Shown here: positions 27,615 to 29,717 of the stretch, piece after piece
How positions within the stretch are numbered: the first letter of the stretch is position 1
Layout of the letters: each line of letters opens with the position of its first letter
From: Candidatus Sulfobium sp.
Lineage (GTDB): Bacteria; Nitrospirota; Thermodesulfovibrionia; Thermodesulfovibrionales; UBA6898
NCBI GenBank assembly: GCA_037380845.1
Contig: JARRRI010000023.1
Coordinates: 10,368-40,084 of the forward strand
Length of the DNA stretch: 29,717 bases
Direction: 5' to 3'
Notes under the pieces: generated by a model
Databases searched by the model: none
What the model was told of the DNA's origin: nothing
The model's input: the letters and a program-made list of their open reading frames with translations, nothing else
Position numbers and translations under genes: made by a program

Positions 27615-28874
27615 ATGGGAAAAAAACTTCTTGCTGCCGCGTTGGCGATTTCTTGTCTTGGTATCATGGGTCTCTTATTGTCCGGATGCAGCGGCTCATC
27701 CTCGACCCAAAAGACCGAGGTGCAAATCGGCGGGCTCTTTTCCCTGACCGGCAATTGGCAGACACTCGGCAAAAGCGGCAGCGCAGCCGTCGAGATAGCG
27801 GTGGAAGACATCAATGCCTACACCTCGTCCGAGGGACTCCCGTTCCACTTCAGCGCGAACATCCAGGATACGGGGCTTGATCCCTCGGTGGCGAGACAGA
27901 AGACGGAGCTGCTCGCCGATTCGGGGGTAAGGTTCGTGATAGGTCCCCAGTCGAGCGCGGAAGTGCAGGAGGTAAAGTCTGTTGCCGACGAGAGGGGGAT
28001 AATCGTCGTGAGCCCTTCCAGTACGGCCGGCAGTCTTGCCATTGCAAACGATAATGTCTTCCGCTTCTGTCCGTCGGACGATCTGGAGGGTCAGGCGATT
28101 TCGGCGCTTATGGCGCACGACGGCATCACCGCCGTTGTCTCCGTCTGGCGGGATGACGCCGGCAACGAGGGACTTCATATTGCGACCAGGGCATACTTCA
28201 CCTCCTCCGGAGGGGTGATGTCCGAGGGAGTCAAATACGGTGCCGACGTGCAGGATTTTTCCCCGGTCGTGGCGTCCCTTTCGAGTCAGGTCACATCGGC
28301 CTCGGAAGAGTATGGCCCGTCTTCAACGGCAGTCTACCTCGCCGGTTTCGACGAGGTGTCTTCCCTTTTTTCACTTGCCTCAAAGGATCCCGTGCTTGCG
28401 TCGGTGGCCTGGTATGGTAGCAACGGCGTAGCGCTCAGTGACGCATTGCTGGCCGATTCCGGGGTCGCGGCGTTTGCTTCGTCCAGGGGATATCCCTGTC
28501 CCATACTCGGTCTGCAGGAAAAAGACCGGGATATCTGGCAACCCCTTGCCGACCGCATCAAGGAACGCTCAGGCGTTTACCCTGACGCTTACGCCCTGGC
28601 CGCCTATGACGCGGCATGGGTCATCGCCAGGACGTATATCTCCGCAGGAGGCGGGACCGACGACCTGGCGCTTCTGAAGCAGAAATTGGTCGAGGCTGCC
28701 GCAGCATATTCCGGAGCGACCGGGAACACCGCACTCAATGCGGCGGGTGACCGGCTCTCGGGCAATTATGATTTTTGGGAGATCACCAGCGGGCCTGCCG
28801 GTTTCCTTTGGCAGCGCGTCGGCGCTTATGACAGCTTAACAGGGGCAATAACTTTTTACTATTTACCGAATTGA
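27615..28874 (+). CDS. Orphan ABC-type substrate-binding lipoprotein (LivJ/PBP type I family)
   Basis: MGKKLL...LLLSGC lipobox, IGGLFSLTG, VIGPQSS, SPSSTA, NVFRFCPSD, AYDAAW, GATG...LNAAGDR. ATG 27615 follows AAGGGGG. Confidence 0.92.
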   Translation: MGKKLLAAALAISCLGIMGLLLSGCSGSSSTQKTEVQIGGLFSLTGNWQTLGKSGSAAVEIAVEDINAYTSSEGLPFHFSANIQDTGLDPSVARQKTELLADSGVRFVIGPQSSAEVQEVKSVADERGIIVVSPSSTAGSLAIANDNVFRFCPSDDLEGQAISALMAHDGITAVVSVWRDDAGNEGLHIATRAYFTSSGGVMSEGVKYGADVQDFSPVVASLSSQVTSASEEYGPSSTAVYLAGFDEVSSLFSLASKDPVLASVAWYGSNGVALSDALLADSGVAAFASSRGYPCPILGLQEKDRDIWQPLADRIKERSGVYPDAYALAAYDAAWVIARTYISAGGGTDDLALLKQKLVEAAAAYSGATGNTALNAAGDRLSGNYDFWEITSGPAGFLWQRVGAYDSLTGAITFYYLPN

Positions 28875-28984
28875 TTAATCGGACAAATTGATAGACAATT
28901 CGCTCTTACTTTCTTTCCATTTCGGACTCTGATCTGTCAAGGATGCTCCGCCCCACCTGCCAACAGCAGCCTGTCCGCCCCTTC

Positions 28985-29212
28985 TTATTTCTTCGCTTTA
29001 TCCAGATCACGTCGGATATCCCGCTGCAAGTCCAGCGTCAAATAGTCCACATTGAGTGGCAAGGATAGCTCCAGGGGATACAGAAATTGTATTTCCGCCC
29101 GGACCTGTTTTACTTTGCACTCCAGCAGATGGCCGCCGTTTTGCCGGTCCTGCGACAAGAAATGCAGATGCACACCTGGCACATTTAACGACGCGGCTCC
29201 CGCTCTAGGCAT
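28985..29212 (-). pseudogene. budA: C-terminal fragment of alpha-acetolactate decarboxylase
   Basis: LNVPGVHLHFLSQDRQNGGHLL matches the HxH...GGH zinc-site motif. Only about 70 residues are present and the upstream sequence is unrelated. Confidence 0.8.
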
Positions 29213-29717
29213 AGGGTCCGGTGTAGGCGTTGGACTAGGTGTTGGACCTTGCAGAGGCCGGAATCAGGCAAGAATTCCAACCAAATGTTCAAGCGGGGAA
29301 CCCGCTTAATTGACTGTTATATCTGTCAGTTTCTTCCGTGTATCCTCAATAGTTTCGCCGCTCTGAAACTGCGGACTTGTCGGTGAACATCTCAAAATGA
29401 GAGGCTTGAGTGGGGGGAGAAAACCTCGGATCTGCCTTTGCGCCAAGTCAAGCGCAACAGTACTTCCTGGACTAAACACCCATGACAGGCGCTGTGAGAC
29501 TAAAGATTACATTCGCAATTTGATAGATGAAAGCATTAAAAGCGAGACATGTGGAAACTAGTAACTCGGGATTGTGTGTTGCTTTATAACGGACTTGGTG
29601 CCGGGCAGATGATGCGATCACACGCTTTACAAATTCAAGCAGCCTGACTTGAGAAGACGTGTCTATTCCTGCTGTCTCTGCACAGACCTTAAACTCTCTG
29701 CTCCGGAAGAATGCTAT

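Noticed and set aside
29472..29717. Minus-strand frame open from the window end (about 81 codons)
   Set aside because: No recognisable motif and atypical composition. It cannot be supported without the flanking sequence.

Overview
A bacterial chromosomal window of roughly mid-50s % GC (estimated by eye). Gene style and palindromic intergenic repeats suggest an anaerobic Nitrospirota/deltaproteobacterium-like organism, which is an inference. The first ~23.5 kb is housekeeping and envelope genes: ABC1/AarF kinase (partial), three hypotheticals, an orphan SsuA/NMT1-fold protein, a NYN(YacP)-PAP2-response regulator-sensor kinase-DUF167 operon, FKBP PPIase, rlmN, a PilW-like TPR lipoprotein, OmpA, an FG-GAP lipoprotein, copA, a LOG-family protein, a split histidine kinase, larC, a Tat-signal beta-propeller and an acyl-CoA synthetase ATP-grasp subunit. 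The last ~6 kb is accessory-like: a secreted beta-helix protein, a muconolactone-isomerase-like/membrane protein pair, an orphan binding lipoprotein and an acetolactate decarboxylase fragment. The best signal is absent from the ORF track: an 88-aa glutaredoxin-like gene (15119..15385) with an in-frame TGA at the first position of its CxxC motif (U-N-D-C), followed by a SECIS-like hairpin and overlapping the copA start. This is a candidate selenoprotein-copper export module. Other hidden signals are a probable ATT start codon for the NYN ribonuclease, an OmpR-type direct repeat before a small Cys-rich secreted protein, an eroded Ig-like (Big_2) domain, a degenerate GEMM-like riboswitch and a ~60-bp composite inverted repeat. 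No rRNA, tRNA, CRISPR array or intact transposase was seen.
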